From Candidatus Methylacidiphilales bacterium (lineage in GTDB: Bacteria; Verrucomicrobiota; Verrucomicrobiia; Methylacidiphilales; JAAUTS01), in assembly GCA_038250235.1 (NCBI GenBank), contig JBBSCO010000010.1:384-64383 (forward strand): a DNA stretch of 64,000 bases, read 5' to 3'. The translations under genes and the position numbers were made by a program. Numbering within the stretch: position 1 is the first letter of the stretch; every line of letters starts with the position of its first letter. Positions 1-7,843 of this stretch are shown here, piece by piece. The notes under the pieces were generated by a model. The model ran no database searches. It was not told the origin of the DNA and saw nothing but the letters and a program-made list of their open reading frames with translations.

Positions 1-291
1 GCTCGTTCTCCGATTAGCAGGCCCCGCGCCGGCCACTTTTGCGGCTCACTTTGAGCGTTCGGAAGATAAAAGAAAACAAGAAGACTTTTGATTCCAGAGT
101 GTGTTGCGAGCTTGGCGACTTTGCGCGGGAAACAATCTTCACAAACAAAGGAAAAAAACTCACGAGACCACAGATCTTTGATGCTGCTATGTCCCAGACT
201 CAGACCAAAGTCATCCCTACCAACCTGCGCGAGGGCCGTTCTTTTTACATGCCAGATGCAGGATAACCTGATAGAAAGATTTCCGAACCGA

Positions 292-341
292 GTGGTTCAC
301 CCAAGCCCGTTACGCGGACTGGTTGACCACGGACGTTAGCC
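292..341. repeat. 50-bp imperfect-hairpin element, copy 1
   Basis: Arms are gtggttcacc and ggttgaccac. It is 45/50 identical to 911..960. It begins 26 nt after the stop of ORF 39..266. Confidence 0.7.
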
Positions 342-348
342 AAAAAAC

Positions 349-906
349 ATGAAGCGCATCGTCCTGATCCTCGCCTTCGCAATAGCGGCAAGTGCTGCTT
401 GGTTTGCCTTTCCTCCAGCAATGCATGTCTGGAGCGTATCTGATGTATCGACAAAGCAGGAAAGGAAATTTTCAGATTGGTTTCATTCATTTTCGTCCGG
501 CCTGCTCGCAGTTCGCATCGTCGGCAGTCTTACCGAGTCTTCACGTTTAGATACCCCGCTAGGGCCGATTGCACTTCCCAAGGGAGACTTCGACTTCATC
601 ACTTATGCAGATGAAGCATGGGCATCTTCTGCGGTAATTAAATATTTACCGCCTGACGGCACCAAAGGAAGCCTGACTATTTCTGTCTGTCTTGGATCAC
701 GTCCTAGTTGGATACACCGACCACCGTCTTCCGCACTTCCGGTTCTATACACAGGCGGATGGACAGCTTATCATCAAGGGACAGAAAAAAAGGCGTGGAC
801 AGGTGGATTCCATTTCGGAGTGAAGCGGGGAGAGTTTACATTCTGGGATCTAGATGGCAACACAACCCATAGTGAAATATGGGAAAATGGAAACAAGAAA
901 GACTAA
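349..906 (+). CDS. Secreted protein with C-terminal MORN-variant/YwqK-like repeats (function unknown)
   Basis: The N-terminus has a signal-like hydrophobic segment, MKRIVLILAFAIAASAAW. The C-terminus has W/G/Y-rich repeats (GGWTAYHQG, GEFTFWDLDGN, WENG). Both sides are flanked by the 50-bp element. Confidence 0.5.
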   Translation: MKRIVLILAFAIAASAAWFAFPPAMHVWSVSDVSTKQERKFSDWFHSFSSGLLAVRIVGSLTESSRLDTPLGPIALPKGDFDFITYADEAWASSAVIKYLPPDGTKGSLTISVCLGSRPSWIHRPPSSALPVLYTGGWTAYHQGTEKKAWTGGFHFGVKRGEFTFWDLDGNTTHSEIWENGNKKD

Positions 907-910
907 TTAT

Positions 911-960
911 GTGGTTCACCGGAGCCCGCTACGCGGACTGGTTGACCACGGACCTTAGCA
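911..960. repeat. 50-bp imperfect-hairpin element, copy 2
   Basis: Same element as 292..341. It begins 5 nt after the stop of ORF 349..906. Confidence 0.7.
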
Positions 961-1012
961 GAAATATACCATGGCATGGTCGCAATATGGTGTATTGCTA
1001 TTGTATGTATGA

Positions 1013-1305
1013 ATGAATGACCTGTCGTTTGAATGGGATTTCAGCAAGGCGGCGCTAAAGGCCAAGAAGCACGGGGTCACTTTTGAGGAGGCTAAAACAG
1101 TATTTTACGATGAAAGAGCTCTTGTGTTGCTTGACCCCGATCATTCAATCTCCGAGGATCGCTTTATCATTATGGATCAAAGTGCGACGCCTCGAATGCC
1201 TGTCGTTGTCCATTGTTTCCGGAAGGGGGCACTTCAATCAGAATCATCTCGGCACGAAAAGCTGGAATAAATGAACAAAAGCCATACTTGGAGAATATAA
1301 AATGA
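1013..1305 (+). pseudogene. brnT: BrnT (DUF497) toxin, frameshifted in a G5 run
   Basis: The N-terminus FEWDFSKAALKAKKHGVTFEEAKTVFYDERALVLLDPDHS and the VVVH motif are BrnT-like. The annotated frame ends in non-conserved residues. Adding one G to the run at 1225..1229 yields GGTSIRIISARKAGINEQKPYLENIK, and that frame's TGA (1303..1305) overlaps the brnA ATG. Confidence 0.7.
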
Positions 1306-1514
1306 AAAAAGAATATAATTTTTCTGAAGCGAAGCGGAACCCTTATGTAAAACGCTTGAAGAAGGCCATCACGATTCGCCTGGAGCCCGATGTTATCACT
1401 TACTTCAAATCGCTTTCTTCGGATACCGGTATTCCATATCAAAACCTTATTAATATGTATTTGCTCGACTGCGCCAAGGAACAGCGTCGGCTCGCATTGA
1501 CTTGGAAAAAATGA
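1302..1514 (+). CDS. brnA: BrnA antitoxin (CopG/RHH-type)
   Basis: 70 aa with the typical KKAITIRLEPDVITYFKSL...GIPYQNLINMYL pattern. It lies directly downstream of brnT. Confidence 0.8.
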   Translation: MKKEYNFSEAKRNPYVKRLKKAITIRLEPDVITYFKSLSSDTGIPYQNLINMYLLDCAKEQRRLALTWKK

Positions 1515-1642
1515 CCCATTCATTATACCGTCTCTTAGCGCGATTAGATGCGGGAAAAAACTGTTACATGCTTTCGCGTAGTCGGCCAGATTCAGTATTA
1601 ATTTGCGCTGACTTTGTCGGAGTATTCGTGAAGAGGGTCTAA
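1511..1642 (+). CDS. 43-codon ORF, probably the 5' stump of a disrupted gene
   Basis: Its ATG overlaps the brnA stop (ATGA). The reading frame runs into the 24-bp repeat array and stops there. No family was recognised. Confidence 0.2.
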   Translation: MTHSLYRLLARLDAGKNCYMLSRSRPDSVLICADFVGVFVKRV

Positions 1643-1863
1643 AGAGGGTCAGTCCCGCGTATTGATGTATTTTAGCTTTTCCGAGAGATTGATGATAAAT
1701 GGCAAGACTGGTTCTTAATTGAAATAAGAAGTGCTTGAAATCCTGTGAATAAAAACAGGGAAATCAAAAAAAGCGTCAATACGCGGGACTGACCCTCTGT
1801 AAAAGTGTCAATACGCGGGACTGACCCTCTGTAGACCCTCTATAGGGACTGACCCTCTATAGG
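1632..1863. repeat. Array of a 24-bp unit in inverted and tandem orientation around an AT-rich core
   Basis: agagggtcagtcccgcgtattgat occurs at 1643..1666. Its reverse complement gtcaatacgcgggactgaccctct occurs at 1775..1798 and 1807..1830. Partial units lie at 1632..1639, 1834..1841 and 1845..1858. About 108 bp of AT-rich spacer lies between the arms. Confidence 0.8.
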
Positions 1864-2023
1864 ATATACGACCGAGGCCATCAGGCTCTTTTATCGCCAG
1901 ATCGCCATGCTGAAGTCCTTTCCGCTGGAGTTGTCCATTCCGAACAGGCTGACCGCTACGGTGCTCGCCAAGAGCGACAAGAATCAACCTATTGAGATGC
2001 TCGATTCGCCATCTGAGCTTTAG
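1862..2023 (+). pseudogene. RelB/DinJ-family antitoxin, 3' fragment only
   Basis: Translation TEAIRLFYRQIAMLKSFPLELSIPNRLTATVLAK matches the C-terminal half of DinJ-type antitoxins. The N-terminal RHH part is missing, and the fragment starts at the edge of the repeat array. Confidence 0.55.
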
Positions 2024-2037
2024 GCCTCTTGGGACAA

Positions 2038-2299
2038 ATGAGGCTCACCCAGACAAGAATTCAAGAAGGATATCGAGCGGATACAGAAGCGCGGCAAAGA
2101 CCTCTATAAAATGAAGGCTGTAATAGATCTTCTTCTTGGCGATTTACCCATGCCTCCAAAGAATCGCGATCACCAACTCGGGGCCAATTTGAGCGGGCAT
2201 CGTAATTGTCATATAGAGCCAGACTGGATACTGATTTACAAAGAGTCGGAAGATGAACCACGCCCGGAAGGAACTGGCACACACTCCGACCTATTTTGA
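2038..2299 (+). pseudogene. yafQ: YafQ-type RelE/ParE-superfamily toxin, frameshifted near the 5' end
   Basis: QEFKKDIERIQKRGKDLYKMKAVIDLLL...HRNCHIEPDWILIYK...TGTHSDLF is YafQ-like. The ATG at 2038 is in a different frame that stops at 2107. The conserved frame has no start codon before 2111. Confidence 0.65.
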
Positions 2300-2324
2300 A
2301 ATATAACAAATCTGGTTTTTCAAT

Positions 2325-2504
2325 ATGCAGATACACGGCGTCTTCGGGGCAGTTGATGCTCTTTGGAGAGAAATCACGGAGGCAGGCGTCCAGATTTTAG
2401 AGGAGCCTGGATCTGTGAGTCAGGAATATGGCGTTAGGAATTTTACAATCATTGATCCTGAAGGCTATACACCGTTTTTTTGCTCACCTACATCAAAGGA
2501 ATAA
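2325..2504 (+). pseudogene. VOC/glyoxalase-bleomycin-resistance family, C-terminal stump (59 aa)
   Basis: AVDALWREITEAGVQILEEPGSVSQEYGVRNFTIIDPEGYTPFF resembles the last beta-alpha-beta module of VOC proteins. It is too short to be a complete domain pair. Confidence 0.5.
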
Positions 2505-2562
2505 AACTAACCGTGCACTCCGTATAGCAACGTCAAACGGCGCTACTGGCAGGGTTACGCGT

Positions 2563-3546
2563 TCAGGGGCCCAAACAGAGGCGTGTTACACCGCAATTGC
2601 ATCCCGGCACCAAGAGTGTTCCAGATCGGCCGGTGGCCAGCATCTGGAGTGTCGCCCAGGCGGCGGAGGCGGTGAAGGCGGCCCCCCAGTCGGGGCCGGA
2701 ACGGTCCAGAGACTTTCCCAGGGCTTTGGTCAGGGATTCGGGAACAATGTTGCCGGGTAGCACCATGCTATTGGCATCGATTCCGGCGTCCAGCATGGTC
2801 TGCCAGGCGTTATGTTGTGAGGTTTTGCTGCGGTAGGTGGCGGTTTGCGGGTGGGGCCGGATGTAGGGGTCTGAACTCCCGGAGGAGGCCGCAACGAGAA
2901 CCGCACCGGCACCTTCGCTCGGAACAACACCCTGTTCAAGCCAACCGGCACGGGAAAAAGCCTCGACCGTGATGGCGTCCAGTTCTTCTCCGCCCAGAAC
3001 CAGAACATGATCAACTTTTTTAAGAGCCAACCAGAGCTGGGCGACGCGCAGGGCTTCGACCCAGGCAGTTTCGTCCCCTATCAGGGAGTAGCAGGCCTCC
3101 CGGATCCCGAGAATGGTGGCAACATGGCTGACAGGAGAGTTGTAAACGGTTTCTGGAAAAAGAGCGGGGCTGGCAAAACGTCGTCCACGATTAAGGGTGT
3201 CGACAAAAAAGCGGCGGCTGTAACAGATGCTGCCGGTGCCGAGGGCACAGACCAACCCGAGCCGTTGCCGGTTCAGGCCTGGATGATTTTCCAGCGCCTG
3301 GAAAGCGGCTTCCATGAGAAAAAGAGCCAGGGGACTGGCCCGGCGCAGGCGGGGCTCCTGTTGCCAGCGTCGAAGGGAGTCGCTTTGGGAATTGACCCTG
3401 CGCAGGGCGGCCGATGTTTCAGGATTTCGGAGCAGGGTTTCGTGCAGAAGCTCCGGGCCGGGAAAGGCGAGCAGCGATGCTGCACCATATCCTGACGGGC
3501 TAATGGCGCCTGTGCCAAGAACCTGCAGATCGGGCAGGACACTCAT
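2563..3546 (-). CDS. Ketosynthase-like partner protein lacking the active-site Cys (chain-length-factor-like)
   Basis: Taken from ATG 3546, which forms an ATGA overlap with the stop of the upstream KS. It has a KS-like length and layout. The position equivalent to NACASG reads LGTGS, and no HGTGT / GHxxGAAG motifs are recognisable. Confidence 0.65.
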   Translation of the reverse strand: MSVLPDLQVLGTGAISPSGYGAASLLAFPGPELLHETLLRNPETSAALRRVNSQSDSLRRWQQEPRLRRASPLALFLMEAAFQALENHPGLNRQRLGLVCALGTGSICYSRRFFVDTLNRGRRFASPALFPETVYNSPVSHVATILGIREACYSLIGDETAWVEALRVAQLWLALKKVDHVLVLGGEELDAITVEAFSRAGWLEQGVVPSEGAGAVLVAASSGSSDPYIRPHPQTATYRSKTSQHNAWQTMLDAGIDANSMVLPGNIVPESLTKALGKSLDRSGPDWGAAFTASAAWATLQMLATGRSGTLLVPGCNCGVTRLCLGP

Positions 3547-4751
3547 GATGATGATGAGGAGGCCTTCAGAACCAGGGCGGCATTCGAACCGCCGAAGCCC
3601 AGATTGACGCTCATGACAGGGGAGCCCGGTGGCAGGATGTGTCCCATTCCGGGAAGACACGGGGAGATGTCAGGGATGGGGATCCGATTGTTCAATTGCG
3701 GCGGAGCGAGTTTTTCCCGGGCTGCCATCAGGGAAAAAACGGCCTCCAGGCACCCGGCGGCACCGAGGGTATGTCCGAAGGCGGCTTTGGTGGAACTGAT
3801 GGCCGTGGAGTTCAAATGCGTTGCGAAGACGCTTTGATAGGCAAGAACTTCGGCACCGTCATTCATGGGGGTGCCGGTGCCGTGGGCATTGACATAGCAG
3901 ATCTGATCCGGGGCCAGGCCGCTGTTCTGCAAGGCTTCCCGCATGGCCCGGACGAGGGCCTGTCCGGAGGGTTCGGGCTGGGTCAGGTGGTGGAGGTCCG
4001 TGCTGTGGCCATAGCCAAGGATGCTGCCCAGGATATTGGCACCACGGGCATGAGCGGCTTTTTCTGATTCCAGGATGAGGAAGGCGGCGCCTTCGCCCAG
4101 CATGAGGCCGTCCCGATTTTTGTCAAAGGGGCGGCAAGCGTCCGTGCTGAGCGCCTGCAGACAATCAAACCCCACGTAGATCAGTTCTGTCAGCGCTTCG
4201 TAGCCTCCGGCGATGACACATTCTGCAGCACCAGAGCGGATCAGGTCGTAGCCGTGTCCGATGGCATTGGCACCGCTGGCACAGGCGTTTCCGATCAGGG
4301 TCCGGGGTCCCTGGAGATCGAGGGCTTCGCAGAGATCCTGGACCTGTTGCTGCGGTTGATAGCGGGCCGCTGCCGCCAGGAGCCCGCTGCGTTTCCCGGC
4401 GAGGGTTCCACGCACGAAGGTTTCCCCCCATTCCATGGCGCCTCCGGTGGTGCTGATGGAAAGGGGGCCGAGCCGTGCTTTTTCCGTGCCCAACAACCCG
4501 GATTGTTGCAGGGCTTCGTGTGCGGCCCCCAGAGCCATGCGGCTGGCGCGGCTAAGTCTGCGATTGTTTTTTTGGGCTGAAGGCATCACGGCCTGGGCGC
4601 CTTCCCGGCAACGGCAGCCTTCGGTTTCGAAAAGATCGATGGGCTGTCTTTTCGATTGTCCGGCGGCCAGGGCGTGCCAGCTATCGGGGAGGTTGGCTCC
4701 CAGGGGACTGACAGCGCCCATGCCTGTCACCACCACCGAGGGGGAGGTCAT
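3543..4751 (-). CDS. Beta-ketoacyl-ACP synthase (FabF/KAS II-like)
   Basis: Motifs present: VVVTGMGAVSPLG, GNACASGANAIG (active-site Cys), NAHGTGTPMND, FGHTLGAAG, NLGFGGSNAALVL. ATG 4751 overlaps the stop of the upstream lipoprotein gene (ATGA). Confidence 0.85.
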   Translation of the reverse strand: MTSPSVVVTGMGAVSPLGANLPDSWHALAAGQSKRQPIDLFETEGCRCREGAQAVMPSAQKNNRRLSRASRMALGAAHEALQQSGLLGTEKARLGPLSISTTGGAMEWGETFVRGTLAGKRSGLLAAAARYQPQQQVQDLCEALDLQGPRTLIGNACASGANAIGHGYDLIRSGAAECVIAGGYEALTELIYVGFDCLQALSTDACRPFDKNRDGLMLGEGAAFLILESEKAAHARGANILGSILGYGHSTDLHHLTQPEPSGQALVRAMREALQNSGLAPDQICYVNAHGTGTPMNDGAEVLAYQSVFATHLNSTAISSTKAAFGHTLGAAGCLEAVFSLMAAREKLAPPQLNNRIPIPDISPCLPGMGHILPPGSPVMSVNLGFGGSNAALVLKASSSSS

Positions 4752-5614
4752 TGCAGATGGCTCCAATAAACTGTGCGGACGGTGACCGGGCCTCCTTTGA
4801 AGTAGAAGGTTTTTTCGAAGGAGAAGGTTTTGTCTGCGGGATTGTAGATAAGTTGTTTGGGCGAGTCGGTGTAGTTGGGGTCATAGACGTCGAACTGCAA
4901 AAGGGCGCCTTTGGAACGCACTGCGTAAGCAAGGACGCTGTGATTGATGGCCAGGGAAGGGAAACGTGTCAGCCACAAGACCACGGGTTGCTTGTTCCGG
5001 ATCATCTCCCGCATTTCATCCGCCGTCCGCTGTTGGTGATCCCGGCTGATGGGAAAGGGCAAGGCCATGTTCCCCGCGCGGAAGTAGGTGGGCCAGCCCG
5101 CTCCCAGCTCCTGTTGCAGGAGGGCACTGTGCCGGCGGCTGAAGGTGTAAAGATCCTGGCTGCCTGGGAAAACGATCTTCTTTTCTTTTGCCAACTCGGG
5201 CTCCCAGACGGGTTTTGACGCGACCTGACTGACCCGGCGTGCCAGCTCGGCATCGGAAACGTGGGGGGCGGCGGGATCGAAGCGCGCAAATTTTCGGAAT
5301 TGCAGTGCTGCACGTGCCATGACAAAACAGCGGCGTGTGTAGGCTTCGGACTGTTTTTCCTGTGCTCCGCTTTTTTCCGGTGCAGAGAGGGTCTGATCAT
5401 AGGTCCAGACCGTTTCATTGGCGAAGGAAAAGCGGTCCTTGTTCCAGTCGTAAGGACGGGAGTTGCTGGGGGCGGGGAGTTGATGGGCGCAGCCTGTCAA
5501 TCCAATCAAGACAAGAAAAGCCAGAGAAAGTTGCCATAGTCCTGCTGTTCGACGAAGATCATCCGGGGCAGCCGGGTGGTCTGAGGGGAGGGTGAGGGAG
5601 AATAAATCTTTCAT
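4748..5614 (-). CDS. Lipoprotein with a possible Cys-His-Asp (papain/transglutaminase-like) triad, function unknown
   Basis: Lipobox LIGLTGC follows a hydrophobic segment. An ordered Cys (RRCFVMARAA), His (AINHSVLAY) and Asp (FDVYDPNY) are present. It is translationally coupled to the KS pair. Confidence 0.55.
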   Translation of the reverse strand: MKDLFSLTLPSDHPAAPDDLRRTAGLWQLSLAFLVLIGLTGCAHQLPAPSNSRPYDWNKDRFSFANETVWTYDQTLSAPEKSGAQEKQSEAYTRRCFVMARAALQFRKFARFDPAAPHVSDAELARRVSQVASKPVWEPELAKEKKIVFPGSQDLYTFSRRHSALLQQELGAGWPTYFRAGNMALPFPISRDHQQRTADEMREMIRNKQPVVLWLTRFPSLAINHSVLAYAVRSKGALLQFDVYDPNYTDSPKQLIYNPADKTFSFEKTFYFKGGPVTVRTVYWSHLQ

Positions 5615-5643
5615 CGGGTGTCAGGCCGGTCATAGTATAACCG

Positions 5644-6663
5644 ATGGAAGCAACGTCGCAAATTTTGATAACCGGGGCAACCGGTTTTGTTGGACGTTAC
5701 CTTGTGCGTGCGCTTCTGGACAAAGGGGAGAGGCCGCGTGTTTTGGTCAGAAGTGAAGACAAGGCACGTGCGCTTTTTGGCGATCGGGTTGTTTGTTTCC
5801 AAGGGGATTTGTGTGACAAGGGCACGCTGAGAAAGGCGATGAAAGGGGTATCGACGGTCTATCATGTGGCGGGCCTGTATCTTTTCGGCAAAAGCCATGA
5901 GAAAACGTTGTTGGAAGTGAACGTGCGGGGGACAGAGGCCGTGTTGGAAGCGGCGCACCAGGCCGGGGTTTCCAAAGTGGTTCATGTGAGTTCAGCCGGA
6001 GTGCTGGCCAGCATGGAAAGAATTTCGGATGAAACCACGTTTCCTGAATCCTGTCCGGAGGGACGTCCCTATAAGGCTTCGAAATGGCAGGCGGAGCGGG
6101 TGGCAATGGCCTGGGCGGAACGGGGTTTGCCTGTGACGATCGCCAGTCCAACCTGTCCTCTGGGGCCGGAAGACAACACGCCCACCGGCCAGATTATACG
6201 TGATTTTCTGGAAGGGCGTTTCTTTTTGTCGAGCCGCACCGGGCTGAACTTCTCCGACTGCCGGGATCTGGCAGAGGGGTTGATCGCGTGCGCGGAGCAG
6301 GGACGTCCCGGGGAACGTTATGTCCTGGGTCATCACAATCTGATGCTGACGGATTTTTTGCACTTGCTGTCCGGAGAGACGGGTCTGCCAGGTCCCCGGG
6401 GTGAGGTGCCTTGGCCCCTGATCGCGGCGGCGGCGGCTGGAACGGAGGCCTTGCAAACGTTCGGCCTGATGGGGGAGTCCCCCCGATTGTGTTGGGAGAC
6501 GGCGAAGCAGTCGCGTTATATTCAGTTTTTCGACAGCAAGAAAGCACGGCTGGAACTCGGTTGGCAGCCGAGAAGTCCCCTGATCGAGACCCTGAACCGA
6601 ACCCTGGCCTTTTACGGAGCGGGACGGGCGGTTGCGGCGGTGCCGGTGAGAGAAGCGGCCTAA
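5644..6663 (+). CDS. NAD(P)-dependent epimerase/dehydratase (SDR) family protein
   Basis: Rossmann motif ILITGATGFVGRYL and catalytic YKASK (YxxxK). Confidence 0.85.
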   Translation: MEATSQILITGATGFVGRYLVRALLDKGERPRVLVRSEDKARALFGDRVVCFQGDLCDKGTLRKAMKGVSTVYHVAGLYLFGKSHEKTLLEVNVRGTEAVLEAAHQAGVSKVVHVSSAGVLASMERISDETTFPESCPEGRPYKASKWQAERVAMAWAERGLPVTIASPTCPLGPEDNTPTGQIIRDFLEGRFFLSSRTGLNFSDCRDLAEGLIACAEQGRPGERYVLGHHNLMLTDFLHLLSGETGLPGPRGEVPWPLIAAAAAGTEALQTFGLMGESPRLCWETAKQSRYIQFFDSKKARLELGWQPRSPLIETLNRTLAFYGAGRAVAAVPVREAA

Positions 6664-6669
6664 CAGGGT

Positions 6670-7830
6670 GTGTGGATGTCCAGGGCCGACCTGATCCTTT
6701 CTGCCAGTGTTGTTGTGATTCCACTTTTCTGGTGGATTATTTCTTGGTGTTCTGTCCGGCTTTTTCTAAATTCGGTGCCGGAAAGTCCGACCCATGTTCC
6801 GCCTGAATCCCTCAGTCTGTTCAAGCCCCTGCCACCCCTGAGAAATCCGGAAGAACGGCAACGTTATGCGGAGAGTATCGCGAGCTTTGCCTCCCAGTTG
6901 AGAGGCCGTGATGAGGTTCTGATTCTTGGTGAGAAGCAAGATGAGGAATTCTGGAAAGAACAGGCAGAGGGCTGGCGGGGGGATGTTCCGGGTCTGGAAG
7001 TAAAGGTGCTGGTGCCCTGCGCTGAAAAGGCTCCTCAGCATACGAATCCCAAAATCAAAGGGATGGCGGTGTTGGCACAACAGGCCACGAGGGATCTTTG
7101 GTGGTGGAGCGACGCCGATATTACGGTGCCTCAGGGGGAAGTGGAACGGATACGGGCGGAGTTTACCTCTTCTGCCCCGGCACTCCAGACCCAGGCCTAT
7201 GTTATTCCGGTTATCGGCCGCCCGGAAGACTGGTTGGATGCGATGTTTGTGCATATTGAATTGCTTCCGGGCCTGACCTTTTTATCGCGGAAAAAGAAGG
7301 TTAACTTTGCCTGTGGTGGAAGCCTGCTTTTTCACCGAAGAACCTTCGAAGAGAGGGTGGAGTGGGAGGAACTGGGATCCCAACTGGCCGATGATAACTA
7401 TCTGGGCCGGAAGCTGCGTCCCGTCCGGCTGGGCCGCAGTCTGATGCAGACACGGTCGGGGGAAGAGGGGTTGGTTGAAAGCTGGCTGCATTATTTTCGC
7501 TGGCAGAAGACGGTGCGCTGGTGCGAACCGGCCGGTTTTGCCGGGCTGTTTTTTCTTCAGCCAAGTTGGCTGGCGTTGGGGGCCTGTTGTATCAGCCTTT
7601 CCATTTCTGCAGCGGCAATAGTGTGGGTGCTGCTTCTCTTGTTGGAGGCGGCCTGGGTTTCCCTGATTTTCAGACGTCTGGGAATCCGCGGAGCGTCCGC
7701 CGTATTTTGGGTCACGCCGATCTGGAGTGTTGTGCGTTCTGCGACATGGCTGCTCTGTTGGTTTCCGCTGGCCGTCCATTGGTCCGGTATTAAGTGGTGG
7801 AAATCAAAAGCAGCCTCTGTAAATTCATGA
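6670..7830 (+). CDS. Membrane glycosyltransferase (GT2/GT21, ceramide-glucosyltransferase-like)
   Basis: N-terminal TM segment, DAD motif (WWSDADITV), LADDNYLG, a Q/RxxRW-like FRWQKTVRW, and C-terminal TM segments. The start is GTG 6670 or ATG 6676. Confidence 0.75.
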   Translation: MWMSRADLILSASVVVIPLFWWIISWCSVRLFLNSVPESPTHVPPESLSLFKPLPPLRNPEERQRYAESIASFASQLRGRDEVLILGEKQDEEFWKEQAEGWRGDVPGLEVKVLVPCAEKAPQHTNPKIKGMAVLAQQATRDLWWWSDADITVPQGEVERIRAEFTSSAPALQTQAYVIPVIGRPEDWLDAMFVHIELLPGLTFLSRKKKVNFACGGSLLFHRRTFEERVEWEELGSQLADDNYLGRKLRPVRLGRSLMQTRSGEEGLVESWLHYFRWQKTVRWCEPAGFAGLFFLQPSWLALGACCISLSISAAAIVWVLLLLLEAAWVSLIFRRLGIRGASAVFWVTPIWSVVRSATWLLCWFPLAVHWSGIKWWKSKAASVNS

Positions 7831-7843
7831 AGATCCCGACATT

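Noticed and set aside
39-266. 75-aa + strand ORF at the window start as a confident gene
   Set aside because: No family was recognised. A competing overlapping ORF (88..339) exists, and the upstream context is cut by the window edge. It is kept only as a possible first cassette in the array finding.
292-960. Canonical class-1-like attC sites with a GTTRRRY core
   Set aside because: The 3' ends read GTTAGCC and CTTAGCA, and the expected complementary RYYYAAC box at the 5' side is poor. Only the looser attC-like hairpin idea is retained, as a hypothesis in the findings.
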